Virus record (IMG/VR): IMGVR_UViG_3300003962_000201
Source of the DNA: an uncultured virus (IMG/VR IMGVR_UViG_3300003962_000201)
Lineage: Duplodnaviria; Heunggongvirae; Uroviricota; Caudoviricetes
Direction: 5' to 3' (one strand)
Length of the DNA stretch: 64,000 bases
Shown: positions 28,283-37,913 of the stretch, in pieces
How positions within the stretch are numbered: position 1 is the stretch's first letter
Layout of the letters: the number at the start of each line of letters is the position of its first letter
Made by a program: the position numbers and the translations under genes
Notes under the pieces: model-generated
Databases searched by the model: none
Seen by the model: only the letters and a program-made list of their open reading frames with translations
What the model was told of the DNA's origin: nothing

Positions 28283-28653
28283 AAGAGGAAAACGAAAAAA
28301 TTTTGTTCAAAGACTTTCCAAGTCTTATGAAAGACATTCATTATGTTGAATGCGACGATGGATGGTTTCCATTAATTAAAGAGTTTTTAACAAAACTTCA
28401 AACTCTTCTTGAAGAAACCAACAACGCCGGAAATGTTAGAATGTCGCAAATCAAAGAAAAGTTTGCGGGAATTCGTTTGTATCTTGAAAATGAAGTTGAA
28501 GATGAAAAAGTTGTTGAAGAGATTTATGGTTTGGTGAATAAGTTTGAAAATCATTCCTTTTCGGTTTGCGAACAATGCTCCTATTATGGAAAGATAAGGA
28601 AGATGGGTTATTACAAAACGCTCTGCGACAAGTGCTATAAGGAGTTTAAATGA
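28279..28653 (+). CDS. Conserved phage protein with C-terminal Zn finger
   Basis: ECDDGW…QIKEKFAGIRLY…CEQC…TLCDKC. Confidence 0.8.
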   Translation: MKEENEKILFKDFPSLMKDIHYVECDDGWFPLIKEFLTKLQTLLEETNNAGNVRMSQIKEKFAGIRLYLENEVEDEKVVEEIYGLVNKFENHSFSVCEQCSYYGKIRKMGYYKTLCDKCYKEFK

Positions 28654-29537
28654 ACCAAAAAGATTTATTCAGCAAATTCGCACCTTTTCGGGAGCCTCCT
28701 AAATGGCCAACGTATCCCCCATACGCAACCGAATACCTTGAAGAGTTCTTTCTAAACAAATTTGAAAAAGAAATGCCGGAAACCAAAAGAAAATTTATTC
28801 CGGTTGCGTGGTCGTCGTGTTACATCAACCATAATGATAGACCTCTCCAAGCGCTCCAGGATGCTCTTAAATCGCTTCCGCAAGACGAGGCATACTTTGC
28901 CGTGGCCACCCATGATGACGCGGTTAGAGAGGCTCTCCCGAAGAATACGATGGTCTTTTCGGCTGGGGGCAATAAAGGCGATGTTCCAATTCCTCTGGTT
29001 TGTTCTTCAATTCCGGAAAACAAAATTCCAAAGAAAGAAAAGGACATTTTTTGTTCTTTTGTCGGTTCTTTGACACACCCGATAAGAAACGAGATGGTCT
29101 CCTCTTTAAAAGATAATCCAAAGTTTTTCTTAAAGGCTGGAAATTGGAGCAACTCGGTCTCCAAAGAAAAAGAAGAGGATTTTTTGAGCGTCATGGCGAG
29201 AAGCAAGTTCTCGCTGTGTCCTCGAGGTTACGGGCCCACTTCGTATCGACTTTATGAAGCCATGCAGGTCGGCTCTGTTCCTGTCTATGTTTACGACCGA
29301 GAGTGGCTTCCTTGGCAGGATGAAATAGATTGGAGCGAATGTATCATAACAATTCACCAATCCCAAGTTGGAATTATTGATTTAATGCTTGAAGCAATTG
29401 ACGAAGAAGAAATTCAAAAGAAAATTGAAAATTGTAAAAAGATTTATAAGTCTTGCTTGACTTTTGATAAGACTTTTGATAGGATTTTATCAAGCTTGAA
29501 AGATGAAGAAAAGCTTAAAGAAGTCTTAAAATTATGA
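28650..29537 (+). CDS. Exostosin-family (GT47) glycosyltransferase
   Basis: SKFSLCPRGYGPTSYRLYEAMQVGSVPVYV…LPW…IDW. Confidence 0.85.
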   Translation: MNQKDLFSKFAPFREPPKWPTYPPYATEYLEEFFLNKFEKEMPETKRKFIPVAWSSCYINHNDRPLQALQDALKSLPQDEAYFAVATHDDAVREALPKNTMVFSAGGNKGDVPIPLVCSSIPENKIPKKEKDIFCSFVGSLTHPIRNEMVSSLKDNPKFFLKAGNWSNSVSKEKEEDFLSVMARSKFSLCPRGYGPTSYRLYEAMQVGSVPVYVYDREWLPWQDEIDWSECIITIHQSQVGIIDLMLEAIDEEEIQKKIENCKKIYKSCLTFDKTFDRILSSLKDEEKLKEVLKL

Positions 29538-29782
29538 AATTGGGAATTTCAAAGTATTTCGGAGACCCTCGCGGAAATGGATTTTCCGTGAATTTTAGAG
29601 CAATTTTTGGATTGCCACGAGAGAGAGTTTTTACAGATGAAATCTTATTTTCATCAAGAGAAAGCGCCAAAAAAAGAGTTGAAATAAAATTAATAGAGTT
29701 TTTTGATTTCTTTGATGACGCCTGTTATTATGGTGATGTTCCTATTTCTAAAAAATTGATTAAAAATTTTAAACTTTTATGA
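29534..29782 (+). CDS. Microprotein, C-terminal-helix family (…ISKKLIKNFKLL)
   Basis: ATGA-coupled; motif present. Confidence 0.75.
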   Translation: MKLGISKYFGDPRGNGFSVNFRAIFGLPRERVFTDEILFSSRESAKKRVEIKLIEFFDFFDDACYYGDVPISKKLIKNFKLL

Positions 29783-29991
29783 AAATCATTCATTATTTTG
29801 GCACTCCTTCGTTTTATCTTACGATTTACTCCCGCTGTCATAAATCAAAATACGGCTATTCAATTTATCGTTTGTTTGAGTGCGGAAGAAGTCTCTGTTT
29901 GTTTGAGTGCGGAAGAAGTCTCTTTATCAAAGAAGCTATTATTGGATTTTACAGCATCAAAGAAACAATAAACTTGTTTAAGGTTTTATGA
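29779..29991 (+). CDS. Microprotein, C-terminal-helix family (…SIKETINLFKVL)
   Basis: ATGA-coupled; motif present; internal 27-nt duplication. Confidence 0.75.
   Translation: MKIIHYFGTPSFYLTIYSRCHKSKYGYSIYRLFECGRSLCLFECGRSLFIKEAIIGFYSIKETINLFKVL
29870..29923 (+). repeat. Perfect in-frame 27-nt tandem duplication
   Basis: gtttgtttgagtgcggaagaagtctct x2. Confidence 0.95.
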
Positions 29992-30185
29992 ATTTTTATC
30001 ATTTTTATAATGAAACAGGTTTTTGCTTTCAATGTCTTTATAGAATAAGAAATGACATTTGGACCAGTCTTTTTTGGATTTTTCTTGGAAGAGATTACCT
30101 ACCCACAAATGAGTCTGCTTATAGTTCCCAGATGGTTTCTTTATCCAAAAAAAGAATTAAATTAATTAAGGTTTTAGAAAGATGA
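29988..30185 (+). CDS. Microprotein, C-terminal-helix family (…LSKKRIKLIKVL-ER)
   Basis: ATGA-coupled; motif variant. Confidence 0.7.
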   Translation: MNFYHFYNETGFCFQCLYRIRNDIWTSLFWIFLGRDYLPTNESAYSSQMVSLSKKRIKLIKVLER

Positions 30186-30406
30186 TAAGTTTTTGGTTAG
30201 AAATCACGCCTCGCATTTACCTTTCCATGGAAGGGTGTTATTTGAGAAATTCAAAAATGGTAGGTTGCGGATTTAACAACGGAATTCTTCAGGAATCTGA
30301 TACTGTGGGAATTCGTATTGGACGACAAGTTTCTACAGACTATTATTATGATTATTTGCTTAATCCAAAAGAAATTGCTGCTCTTTATTTAATAAATAAA
30401 CAATAA
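30182..30406 (+). CDS. Small hypothetical protein (weak family similarity)
   Basis: ATGA-coupled; ends LNPKEIAALYLINKQ. Confidence 0.6.
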   Translation: MISFWLEITPRIYLSMEGCYLRNSKMVGCGFNNGILQESDTVGIRIGRQVSTDYYYDYLLNPKEIAALYLINKQ

Positions 30407-30411
30407 AAATT

Positions 30412-30624
30412 ATGAAATACAAACATTTTTATGACCTCGGGCGTTCTTTAACAATCCGCGAAATTCTTCGAGAAATTGGTTGCGACTTTAAGCAATTAAA
30501 AGAAGAAGATTTAGATAAGATTGAAGTTCGTACAAGTTCCGGTATAGAGCCTTGGACTTACGAAAAATACGAAACACTTACGATTGAATGTCCAGAAGAA
30601 TTGATTGAAAAATGGAAAAAATAA
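30412..30624 (+). CDS. Small hypothetical protein
   Basis: ORF track. Confidence 0.65.
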   Translation: MKYKHFYDLGRSLTIREILREIGCDFKQLKEEDLDKIEVRTSSGIEPWTYEKYETLTIECPEELIEKWKK

Positions 30625-30625
30625 A

Positions 30626-31387
30626 ATGAAAAAATTAATGTTCGTCATCGCCGATTATCCCGACAATCGTCAGCAAATCTTTGAAAACCATTATCACCCC
30701 ATCAATCAAAAATACGCTGAAAAATTTGGTTATGAATACAAGTTCCTTATGAAAAAGGACCTTCCGCCTGTCTTCCGTGGAAACATGACTTGGTATAAAT
30801 TAACTCTTCTTAAATCTTGGATAGAAGACGGAACACTTCAAAAAGGCGATGAAGTCTTTCATCTTGATGCCGATGCCGTCATCAACAATCTTGACGAAGA
30901 GTTCCGGACCGATAAAGATTTTGCCGTTGCTGTTGATTCTGGAAACACCTTTTGTTGGGGAGCATTCTTTATAAGAATTACCGACTGGTCCATCAAGTTT
31001 ATTAACGACCTTCTTGATGAAAACCTTTGGAGCCGTTGCAGAAATGAAAAGCATTTTCAGGAATTCCGCGAACAAGCCTGCTTTTATCGCCTTTGCGGAA
31101 TAAAGCCACATAGCGACATTTCTTTTTTAAGCCTTCCCAATTACGGCTGGATGGGTCGAGAGGATTTGATAGGAGTTGAGAGGTCTTTGGATGACTTGTA
31201 CGAACACATCGAAATCCTTGGTCCAGAATGGAACGCAACCTTGATGGCGGATGAGCAGGAAACGCCGGTTGAACGAGAGCTTGTTTCAAGGTACTTGATA
31301 AATCCCGTCGAGCGTGATAAGGTGCGCATAAGACATTTCGCCGGAGGGCAAAAATGGAGAACATCTCCTTATTGCGATAAATTATGA
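30626..31387 (+). CDS. GT34-like (GMA12/MNN10) glycosyltransferase
   Basis: YAEKFGYEY…TWYKL…HLDADAVI…EQ…HFAG. Confidence 0.8.
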   Translation: MKKLMFVIADYPDNRQQIFENHYHPINQKYAEKFGYEYKFLMKKDLPPVFRGNMTWYKLTLLKSWIEDGTLQKGDEVFHLDADAVINNLDEEFRTDKDFAVAVDSGNTFCWGAFFIRITDWSIKFINDLLDENLWSRCRNEKHFQEFREQACFYRLCGIKPHSDISFLSLPNYGWMGREDLIGVERSLDDLYEHIEILGPEWNATLMADEQETPVERELVSRYLINPVERDKVRIRHFAGGQKWRTSPYCDKL

Positions 31388-31899
31388 TTTTAAGAAATGA
31401 AATTATTAAACACTATAAATTAAAACCAATAAAAACTCTTCCAAAACCAAGAGCGCCTTATAAACCTACAGCACCTCTTGAAATCTTAGAAAGATATTTG
31501 GTTTTTGAAATTACGGATTTATTTCAAGGCACTTTTTCGTTTGATGAGTTTTTATTGAAGCTTGATGAGGTTAGGAAGAAATATGATGGTAGAGAAATAA
31601 AAATTTCTCTCACAAATGACGATGGATACTGTGATGAGTATTCTAATCCCCCAAAAGTTGAAATTCTTATAAAAGAAATGGAAAAAAATCCAAATTATGA
31701 TAGAGATAATGAAAACTATAAGAAAGAATTAAAAGAATACAATAAAAAATACAAAGAATACAAACAAAAATTAGAAATTTGGAAAGAAAAAATGGTTCCA
31801 ATTAATGAAAAAATTAAAGAACAAGAAGAATTTATCAAATCAAAAGAAAAAGAAATTGAAAAAATTTTTCTTGGTGAAAAAAAAATAAATGAAACTTAA
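31384..31899 (+). CDS. Hypothetical protein with coiled-coil C-terminus
   Basis: ORF track. Confidence 0.7.
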   Translation: MILRNEIIKHYKLKPIKTLPKPRAPYKPTAPLEILERYLVFEITDLFQGTFSFDEFLLKLDEVRKKYDGREIKISLTNDDGYCDEYSNPPKVEILIKEMEKNPNYDRDNENYKKELKEYNKKYKEYKQKLEIWKEKMVPINEKIKEQEEFIKSKEKEIEKIFLGEKKINET

Positions 31900-32116
31900 A
31901 GAATTTACCGAATTTCTAAAAAATTTCGGAGAGCAAAGCAAGCAAAACTCATCTCTTTCAACTGGAGAAACCGACAAATTTGTTGGAGCCTATTATCTTT
32001 TTTATTTCGGTTGTTTAATCTTTATGTATCAAACTTTCGGTCTTGCGATGATGCTTCTTTTTATAATAGGCATCTTCTTTATGAATTTATCTTTTATTAT
32101 AGGAAACGGTAAATGA
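31889..32116 (+). CDS. Small membrane protein
   Basis: Two hydrophobic segments in the C-terminal half. Confidence 0.7.
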   Translation: MKLKEFTEFLKNFGEQSKQNSSLSTGETDKFVGAYYLFYFGCLIFMYQTFGLAMMLLFIIGIFFMNLSFIIGNGK

Positions 32117-32310
32117 AGCTTAAATTTAAATTAAGACAGAAAACTCCTGTTTTTTTAAGCATGTATCGAAGAGCTGAACAAAGGTATGGTATTCCTTTGA
32201 TGTATTCTTGGTGTTCTTTGGGAGATTTAGTTGAGCTTTCTAAAAAGAAACATAAAGAGTTCTGGTGTGTAACTTCGCGCAAGCAAATCAAGATGTTTAA
32301 AATATTATGA
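32113..32310 (+). CDS. Microprotein, C-terminal-helix family (…TSRKQIKMFKIL)
   Basis: ATGA-coupled; motif present. Confidence 0.75.
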   Translation: MKLKFKLRQKTPVFLSMYRRAEQRYGIPLMYSWCSLGDLVELSKKKHKEFWCVTSRKQIKMFKIL

Positions 32311-32486
32311 AATCTAAATTAATCATAAATCATTATCATTTTTTCTTTTCAAGATTTTCATTCTGGCTCAGGGCTTATTATTTTGATGCTTATTCTATAG
32401 GTTCTTTACTTTTATGCGAAACTCTTGATGTCGGGGAAACCATTTCGCTTCAAATTCAATCAATAAAATTGTTTAAAATATTATGA
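32307..32486 (+). CDS. Microprotein, C-terminal-helix family (…LQIQSIKLFKIL); 59 aa, not in ORF track
   Basis: Manual translation MKSKLIINHYHFFFSRFSFWLRAYYFD…; ATGA overlaps at both ends. Confidence 0.75.
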   Translation: MKSKLIINHYHFFFSRFSFWLRAYYFDAYSIGSLLLCETLDVGETISLQIQSIKLFKIL

Positions 32487-32734
32487 AAAAACCTAAAAAA
32501 AGATTTCAAGAATGCTCCGCTTTGGAGAAAATTTGGAGATACAAAGCATACCTTTTAATCCCATTTGACGCCCTCCAAATCTATTTGATGCAATTTACGC
32601 AAGTTGCCGAAGAAGACTATGAATTTATGGGATTTAAGTTTTGCTGGTCCATCGCTCGCGGAAGCGCAGATTTGAGAATGGAATACTGGTACACCATGGA
32701 CGAGGTTAGAGAGGTTTTAAAAGAAAAATTATGA
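32483..32734 (+). CDS. Hypothetical protein
   Basis: ORF track; ATGA-coupled. Confidence 0.75.
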   Translation: MKKPKKRFQECSALEKIWRYKAYLLIPFDALQIYLMQFTQVAEEDYEFMGFKFCWSIARGSADLRMEYWYTMDEVREVLKEKL

Positions 32735-32952
32735 AATCTTTATTTGTTTGTAAGTATAGGCGTGGTTATTGCGATTATGTATTTTATTTTGATTGCCCAA
32801 TTATTAGTTATAGTGGGCGCCATAAAATGCCGGATAATACTGAGTTTATGCTGCATGGGTATTTTAGAGAAACTTTCTATTCTTTTAAGTTCAAAAAAAA
32901 CTTTTCCGTAATATTTTCCATTTTTAATGTTAAATTATTCAAGACATTATGA
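32731..32952 (+). CDS. Microprotein, C-terminal-helix family (…FSIFNVKLFKTL)
   Basis: ATGA-coupled; motif present. Confidence 0.75.
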   Translation: MKSLFVCKYRRGYCDYVFYFDCPIISYSGRHKMPDNTEFMLHGYFRETFYSFKFKKNFSVIFSIFNVKLFKTL

Positions 32953-33155
32953 AAAAAATTAATTTTTATTTGTGGTATGGTAATCTTTGTTTTTATGGAA
33001 TTCACATAAAACCACGGCATTTTCATACAATTTTTTGTGGAGATGTGTTTCATAATTCTAATAATTTTGAGATTAAAATTTTGTATCCTTTTTCCCACTC
33101 ACAACTATCAAGAAGACAATCTATCCCAACGGTAAAACTGTTCAAGGCTCTATGA
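32949..33155 (+). CDS. Microprotein, C-terminal-helix family (…QSIPTVKLFKAL)
   Basis: ATGA-coupled; motif present. Confidence 0.75.
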   Translation: MKKINFYLWYGNLCFYGIHIKPRHFHTIFCGDVFHNSNNFEIKILYPFSHSQLSRRQSIPTVKLFKAL

Positions 33156-34141
33156 AAATCTTATTTTTAACCACCGACAAATCCAAGAACAATCCTCCTG
33201 ATTTCGCTCAAGGAGATTATCTTGAGAATTCAATTCTTATCGGCTTGAAAAGCATTCTTGGCGGAGAAAATGTTATTGACCTTCCACGAAAAGACATAAT
33301 TTATGGCGACTTTTCCATCATTCCAAGAGAAAGTCTCCACGGAAAAGGATTTTCTCTTTATTCGTTTCCCTTGGAAGATAAATTAAACGATTTTGATAGA
33401 GAGCATCTTGAAAATCATTATGATGTCTTAATCTACGGAACATCTTACGCTTATGGAATGAAAGATAGACCAGATTTAGAAGCAATTTGTGATAAAGTTT
33501 TTTGGCTTGACGGACACGATTTATTGGGAATTTCTCCAAAAGGAGGATACATAGACACCGGCGAAGGAAGAATGATAGGAATTCAACAAACTCCGTGCTT
33601 TAAAAGAGAACTTATTCAAGAAACTCCTGGGGCATTTCCAACCGGTTTCGGGCTGCCTTCAAAAAGTCTTGTTCCAGTTGATTTGACCTCCAAAAAACAA
33701 CTGTTCCAGCAAACCGCCCCGAAAGAAGCTCTTTTTCAAGATGGTTCGGGAGAACTTGGACAAAGAAAACATCACATTTTCACAAATGAGAGCGATTATC
33801 ATAAAGATTTAGAAAGTTCTTGGTTTGGATTGACTTGCCGTAAAGGCGGCTGGGATACTTTACGGCATTACGAAATAATTGCGAAAGGTGCCTTGCTTCT
33901 TTTTCGGGATTATGATAAAAAACCTGTTTTATGTTCTCCGCAGAGTTTGCCGACAATTTCTTATTCAACAAAAGAAGAACTTTATGTTACAATGAACAGG
34001 TTGGTTGTTGATGGGAAACCAACGAAAGAATACACTGATTTGATGGATAAACAAAGAGGGTGGTTTTTAACTTTTGGTTCTTGTGAGGCAAGAGCAAACT
34101 TTATCGTTGAAACAATAAAAAATTATGAGCCTAAAAATTAA
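33152..34141 (+). CDS. Putative GT-B glycosyltransferase
   Basis: SWFGLTCRKGGWDTLRHYEIIAKG resembles a GT-B nucleotide-binding region. Confidence 0.65.
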   Translation: MKILFLTTDKSKNNPPDFAQGDYLENSILIGLKSILGGENVIDLPRKDIIYGDFSIIPRESLHGKGFSLYSFPLEDKLNDFDREHLENHYDVLIYGTSYAYGMKDRPDLEAICDKVFWLDGHDLLGISPKGGYIDTGEGRMIGIQQTPCFKRELIQETPGAFPTGFGLPSKSLVPVDLTSKKQLFQQTAPKEALFQDGSGELGQRKHHIFTNESDYHKDLESSWFGLTCRKGGWDTLRHYEIIAKGALLLFRDYDKKPVLCSPQSLPTISYSTKEELYVTMNRLVVDGKPTKEYTDLMDKQRGWFLTFGSCEARANFIVETIKNYEPKN

Positions 34142-34877
34142 AGAAATAACAATCTGTCTTCACGATGGAATTGATAAATCAAATGTCTTTTCCCAGATGG
34201 ATGCCTTGCTTCCTCTTGAAAGCGAATACCAAATTTCCTGGAACAACCGAATTGAAAGACATCCATTTGCTTACCCGAGTTATTCCCAACTCATAAATCA
34301 TTCCATCGCAACCTCTCCAACAGAATTCATCATTTTTGTTAATGACCGATGCGTTCTCAACCCGGAAGAGATAAAAAAAATGATTTCTCTTTTAGAGAAT
34401 GGATTTGCTTGTGTTTTTATGTACAATGTTGGTTTAATGGGATTTTCCAAACAACTTGTTCGTAAAATTGGCTGGTGGGATGAAAGATACCTTAACGGGG
34501 GATACGAAGATAATTGTTGGGTTCTGCGTCTCTACGAAGCCGACCTCGCGCTATATGAAAGCCAAGAGGGAACCTATCGCTACGGCTATAAATCTCCTCT
34601 TCAAAATAACGACCGATGTGCCCTTTCTAAACCTCATTTTGAGAAGAAATGGAACATTTCTGGAAATAAGATAATAAGAAATCTGGAAGAGGAGAAGTAC
34701 CCAAATTGGGATACATCTCTTGGAGAGGAGCGATTAGGAATTGAGGAAAGTTGGATGAAAAGCGATAAATCCTTATTTAATGTTGCGAATTCTTACAGTA
34801 AACCTAATTCAGGTCCTTCACCAAGTTCGGCATTTTACAAAGATGGAATTTTTTTTAGAAAAATGGAGAAATTATGA
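34125..34877 (+). CDS. GT2-like glycosyltransferase
   Basis: IIFVND; IGWWDERYLNGGYEDN. Confidence 0.75.
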   Translation: MSLKIKEITICLHDGIDKSNVFSQMDALLPLESEYQISWNNRIERHPFAYPSYSQLINHSIATSPTEFIIFVNDRCVLNPEEIKKMISLLENGFACVFMYNVGLMGFSKQLVRKIGWWDERYLNGGYEDNCWVLRLYEADLALYESQEGTYRYGYKSPLQNNDRCALSKPHFEKKWNISGNKIIRNLEEEKYPNWDTSLGEERLGIEESWMKSDKSLFNVANSYSKPNSGPSPSSAFYKDGIFFRKMEKL

Positions 34878-35182
34878 GAGAAATAAACCAAAGAGAGTTA
34901 GATAATTTACTAAATGATGGAAAAAGTTTTATTTTAGATTTTTCGGCAACTTGGTGCGCTCCTTGCCGAATGATGACACCAATTTTAGAGGAGCTTTCCA
35001 AAGAAAATCAAGATGTTCCAATTTACAAAATTGATGCGGATGTAAATAGAGATGCGGTTTCTTCTCATGGTGTCCGAGGAATTCCTTGCATCATTGCGTT
35101 CAAGGATGGAGATGAGCTTGAACGAAATGTTGGCGCAGCTCCAAAATCAAAATTACAAAATCTTATAAACAAATTAAAATAA
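34874..35182 (+). CDS. trxA: Thioredoxin
   Basis: DFSATWCAPC; GVRGIP. Confidence 0.95.
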   Translation: MREINQRELDNLLNDGKSFILDFSATWCAPCRMMTPILEELSKENQDVPIYKIDADVNRDAVSSHGVRGIPCIIAFKDGDELERNVGAAPKSKLQNLINKLK

Positions 35183-35185
35183 TTT

Positions 35186-35815
35186 ATGAAAAATGCTTTT
35201 ATTGATTGCGGTTCCAACATCGGTCAAGGTCTTTGCGACATTGCTGGAAAACATAATTTATCTTTAAATGACGAAAATTGGAATTTCTTTTTGTTTGAGC
35301 CATCTGCGGATTGTTATGAAATTTTGATGAAAAAGTTCGGGAGCAACAAAAATTTTACGATTGAAAACAAAGCGGTCTGGAATAAAGAAGAAACCAAAAG
35401 CTTTGCTTTGCACCGCGCGGGCGTTGAGACCGAGATTGATGGAGTTGTTTATTCAAAAGATGCTTTCCTCGGCGGCGGCGGTTCTTTGCTTGAAGAGGCA
35501 AACTGGAAGCAAAGCGAAGCCTATTTCGGGCCCCCGGAACACCACGACCAAACAATTGATGTTCCTTGTGTAAATTTCGTATCTTTTTTTGAAAAAATTG
35601 TTCGCGATTATGATAAAATAATCCTTAAAGTGGATGTTGAAGGCGCGGAATACATCATTCTTCCCGAGTTGATTAAGAAAAACCTTTTAAAAAGAGTTGA
35701 AAAGTTGTATGTTGAATTTCATTCGTATTATACGGAAGGAAAATTTGCGATGGAAGAATTAATGATAAGAAATTACATTCAAAATCATAAAATTAATTTT
35801 ACGGAGTGGAGTTGA
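35186..35815 (+). CDS. FkbM-family methyltransferase
   Basis: FIDCGSNIG; FEP; LKVDVEGAEY; VEFH. Confidence 0.9.
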   Translation: MKNAFIDCGSNIGQGLCDIAGKHNLSLNDENWNFFLFEPSADCYEILMKKFGSNKNFTIENKAVWNKEETKSFALHRAGVETEIDGVVYSKDAFLGGGGSLLEEANWKQSEAYFGPPEHHDQTIDVPCVNFVSFFEKIVRDYDKIILKVDVEGAEYIILPELIKKNLLKRVEKLYVEFHSYYTEGKFAMEELMIRNYIQNHKINFTEWS

Positions 35816-35926
35816 GAATGCACTATTTCTTTTCTTGGATACGAAAAACTATTCTATTTACAATAAACTATTTATGATTTTTTCATAAATTAAAGATGAA
35901 ATAGAAAATCAAGGAGAGAAAGAAAA

Positions 35927-36901
35927 GTGAAGAAAAATGTATTAATTACCGGTATTTGTGGGTTTATGGGTTCGCACCTTCTTGAGTTATTATCAAAAGA
36001 TAAAAATAACAAGATTTACGGAATTGATAATTTATCTTCTAATGTTATTTCGCCAAACCACGATTTAATGAAAGATGTCGTCTTCCTTGAGAAAGATGTT
36101 CTCGATGTTGCTGTTGAAGATTTACCAAAATTAGATGTTGTTTATCACCTGGCTTCTCCGGTCGGGCCTGCCGGAATACTAAAAAAAACAGGTGTCATTG
36201 CCGACATTATCGTCCGAGATGTCTATTGGGCGATTGACCTTTGTAAGAAGAACGATTGCCCGCTAATCTTTATCTCAACCAGCGAGATTTATGGCTTTCG
36301 CGAAAACATTTCGTATTTGACCGAGAACGATGATAAGGTCCTTCGCGCCGAAGAATACTCCACCAGGAACGAGTATAGCATCGCTAAATTGCTCGCCGAA
36401 ATCGTTATTGAGAATGTTGCGAAAACAGGGAACCTGAAATATCAAATCATTCTTCCGTTTAATCTTGCCGGCCCTCGCCAAGAGGATTTTGGTGGGTTCT
36501 GCGTGCCTAGGTTCGTCAAGCAGGCGTTATCTGGGGAAGACATTACTGTTTTTGATGACGGAGAGGCTGTTCGCGCTTTTAGTTTTATTGGTGATGTTGT
36601 CAGCGGTATTGTTATGACCTACGAGGCCCTCGATAAACACCCCAACCAACGATGGATTATCGGCAACCCCGATAATGTTATTAAAATAAAAGATTTAGCA
36701 GTCAAGGTTAAAAAACTTTCAGGCTCTAAATCCACCATTGTAAATGTAGACCCAAAAACAATCTATGGCCCACTCTATGCGTCCGCTTACGACAAAATTC
36801 CAAATCCAGAAAAGATTAAGCGATTGTTAGGCTGGAAATGCACCAAAAACACAGACGAAATCTTAAAAGAAACAATAGATTTTTGGAGAAATCGCTTGTA
36901 G
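35927..36901 (+). CDS. NAD-dependent sugar epimerase/dehydratase (UDP-glucuronate decarboxylase-like)
   Basis: TGICGFMGS; HLASPVGP; STSEIYG; YSIAK. Confidence 0.85.
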   Translation: MKKNVLITGICGFMGSHLLELLSKDKNNKIYGIDNLSSNVISPNHDLMKDVVFLEKDVLDVAVEDLPKLDVVYHLASPVGPAGILKKTGVIADIIVRDVYWAIDLCKKNDCPLIFISTSEIYGFRENISYLTENDDKVLRAEEYSTRNEYSIAKLLAEIVIENVAKTGNLKYQIILPFNLAGPRQEDFGGFCVPRFVKQALSGEDITVFDDGEAVRAFSFIGDVVSGIVMTYEALDKHPNQRWIIGNPDNVIKIKDLAVKVKKLSGSKSTIVNVDPKTIYGPLYASAYDKIPNPEKIKRLLGWKCTKNTDEILKETIDFWRNRL

Positions 36902-36926
36902 TCTGGTGTATAATGCATTAATTTCG

Positions 36927-37913
36927 ATGAAAGTCTCCCCTGATTACAATTTGGCAAAAATATACCCTCATCTCACTGAGGAGTGGGACTTTGAAAAGAA
37001 TGCCGGCAAGAAACCAACAGAATTTACTCCAAATTCAGGACAAAAAGTTGACTGGATTTGTTCCAAAGATAAAAATCATAAGTGGAAAGCGAAAATTGCT
37101 GACCGAACAAGAAAAAACGGAATTCCGAGAGGATGTCCTTATTGTTCCGGCCACCGCCCGAGTGAAGATAATAATTTATTATTTAAGTTCCCTAAACTCT
37201 GTAAAGAGTGGGATTATGGAAAAAATGAAAATTTAAACACTAAGAACATTCCCCCTAATTCGCACAAGAAAATTTGGTGGAAGTGCAAGCAAAATCATTC
37301 CTGGGAAGCGACAATCATCAATCGCACAAGACACAATTCAGGTTGTCCTTATTGTTCCGGTCGGCGTCCAAGCGAAGATAATAATTTAGCAAAAACGCAT
37401 CCACTTCTCGTTGTGGAGTGGGATTATGAAAAAAATGGTGAACTAAAACCGGAGATGTTAGCACCAGTCGCTGGCAAAAAAGTTCATTGGATTTGTTCCA
37501 AAGATAAAAATCATAAGTGGAAAGCGAGAGTCGCCCATCGAACAAGCAAAATTCCCACAGGATGTCCTTATTGTTGCCTTCGCTACTCTAAACCTCATCA
37601 AGAAATTAACAACTTTATTAGCACATTTTATTCCGGTAAATTAAAAACAAACGATAGAAAAACAATAAAAAACCCGCTTACAAATTGGTCTCTTGAACTT
37701 GATACATTTTTGCCGGAACTTAAAAAAGCAATAGAATTTAATGGAAGATTTTACCATAAAAATGATGATGTTAAGCAAAGAGATGAAATAAAAAAACAAG
37801 AATGCGAAAAAAACGGAATTGGTTTATTGATTATTGAGGAAAATGATTGGAAAAAAGATAAAGAATTAGAAAAAAATAAGATAAAATCATTTATCTTGGA
37901 GAATAAAAAATGA
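36927..37913 (+). CDS. Zinc-ribbon-repeat protein with C-terminal Vsr/DUF559-like nuclease (homing-endonuclease-like)
   Basis: Three EWD.EKN…W.C…H.W.A…GCPYC repeats; ELDTFLPE..KAIEFNGRFYH. Confidence 0.8.
   Translation: MKVSPDYNLAKIYPHLTEEWDFEKNAGKKPTEFTPNSGQKVDWICSKDKNHKWKAKIADRTRKNGIPRGCPYCSGHRPSEDNNLLFKFPKLCKEWDYGKNENLNTKNIPPNSHKKIWWKCKQNHSWEATIINRTRHNSGCPYCSGRRPSEDNNLAKTHPLLVVEWDYEKNGELKPEMLAPVAGKKVHWICSKDKNHKWKARVAHRTSKIPTGCPYCCLRYSKPHQEINNFISTFYSGKLKTNDRKTIKNPLTNWSLELDTFLPELKKAIEFNGRFYHKNDDVKQRDEIKKQECEKNGIGLLIIEENDWKKDKELEKNKIKSFILENKK

Noticed and set aside
35818..35890. Short ORF, possible family remnant, and 8-bp inverted repeat atttatga/tcataaat
   Set aside because: Only 19 codons, the motif is not in frame, and an AT-only hairpin of this size is expected by chance
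37053..37527. 40-nt exact repeat (37053-37092 and 37488-37527)
   Set aside because: Explained by internal duplication of the zinc-ribbon domain within one gene
22780..37913. Group I introns around the free-standing nucleases at 22780 and 36927
   Set aside because: Flanking genes look complete and abut or overlap the nuclease ORFs, leaving no room for ribozyme sequence
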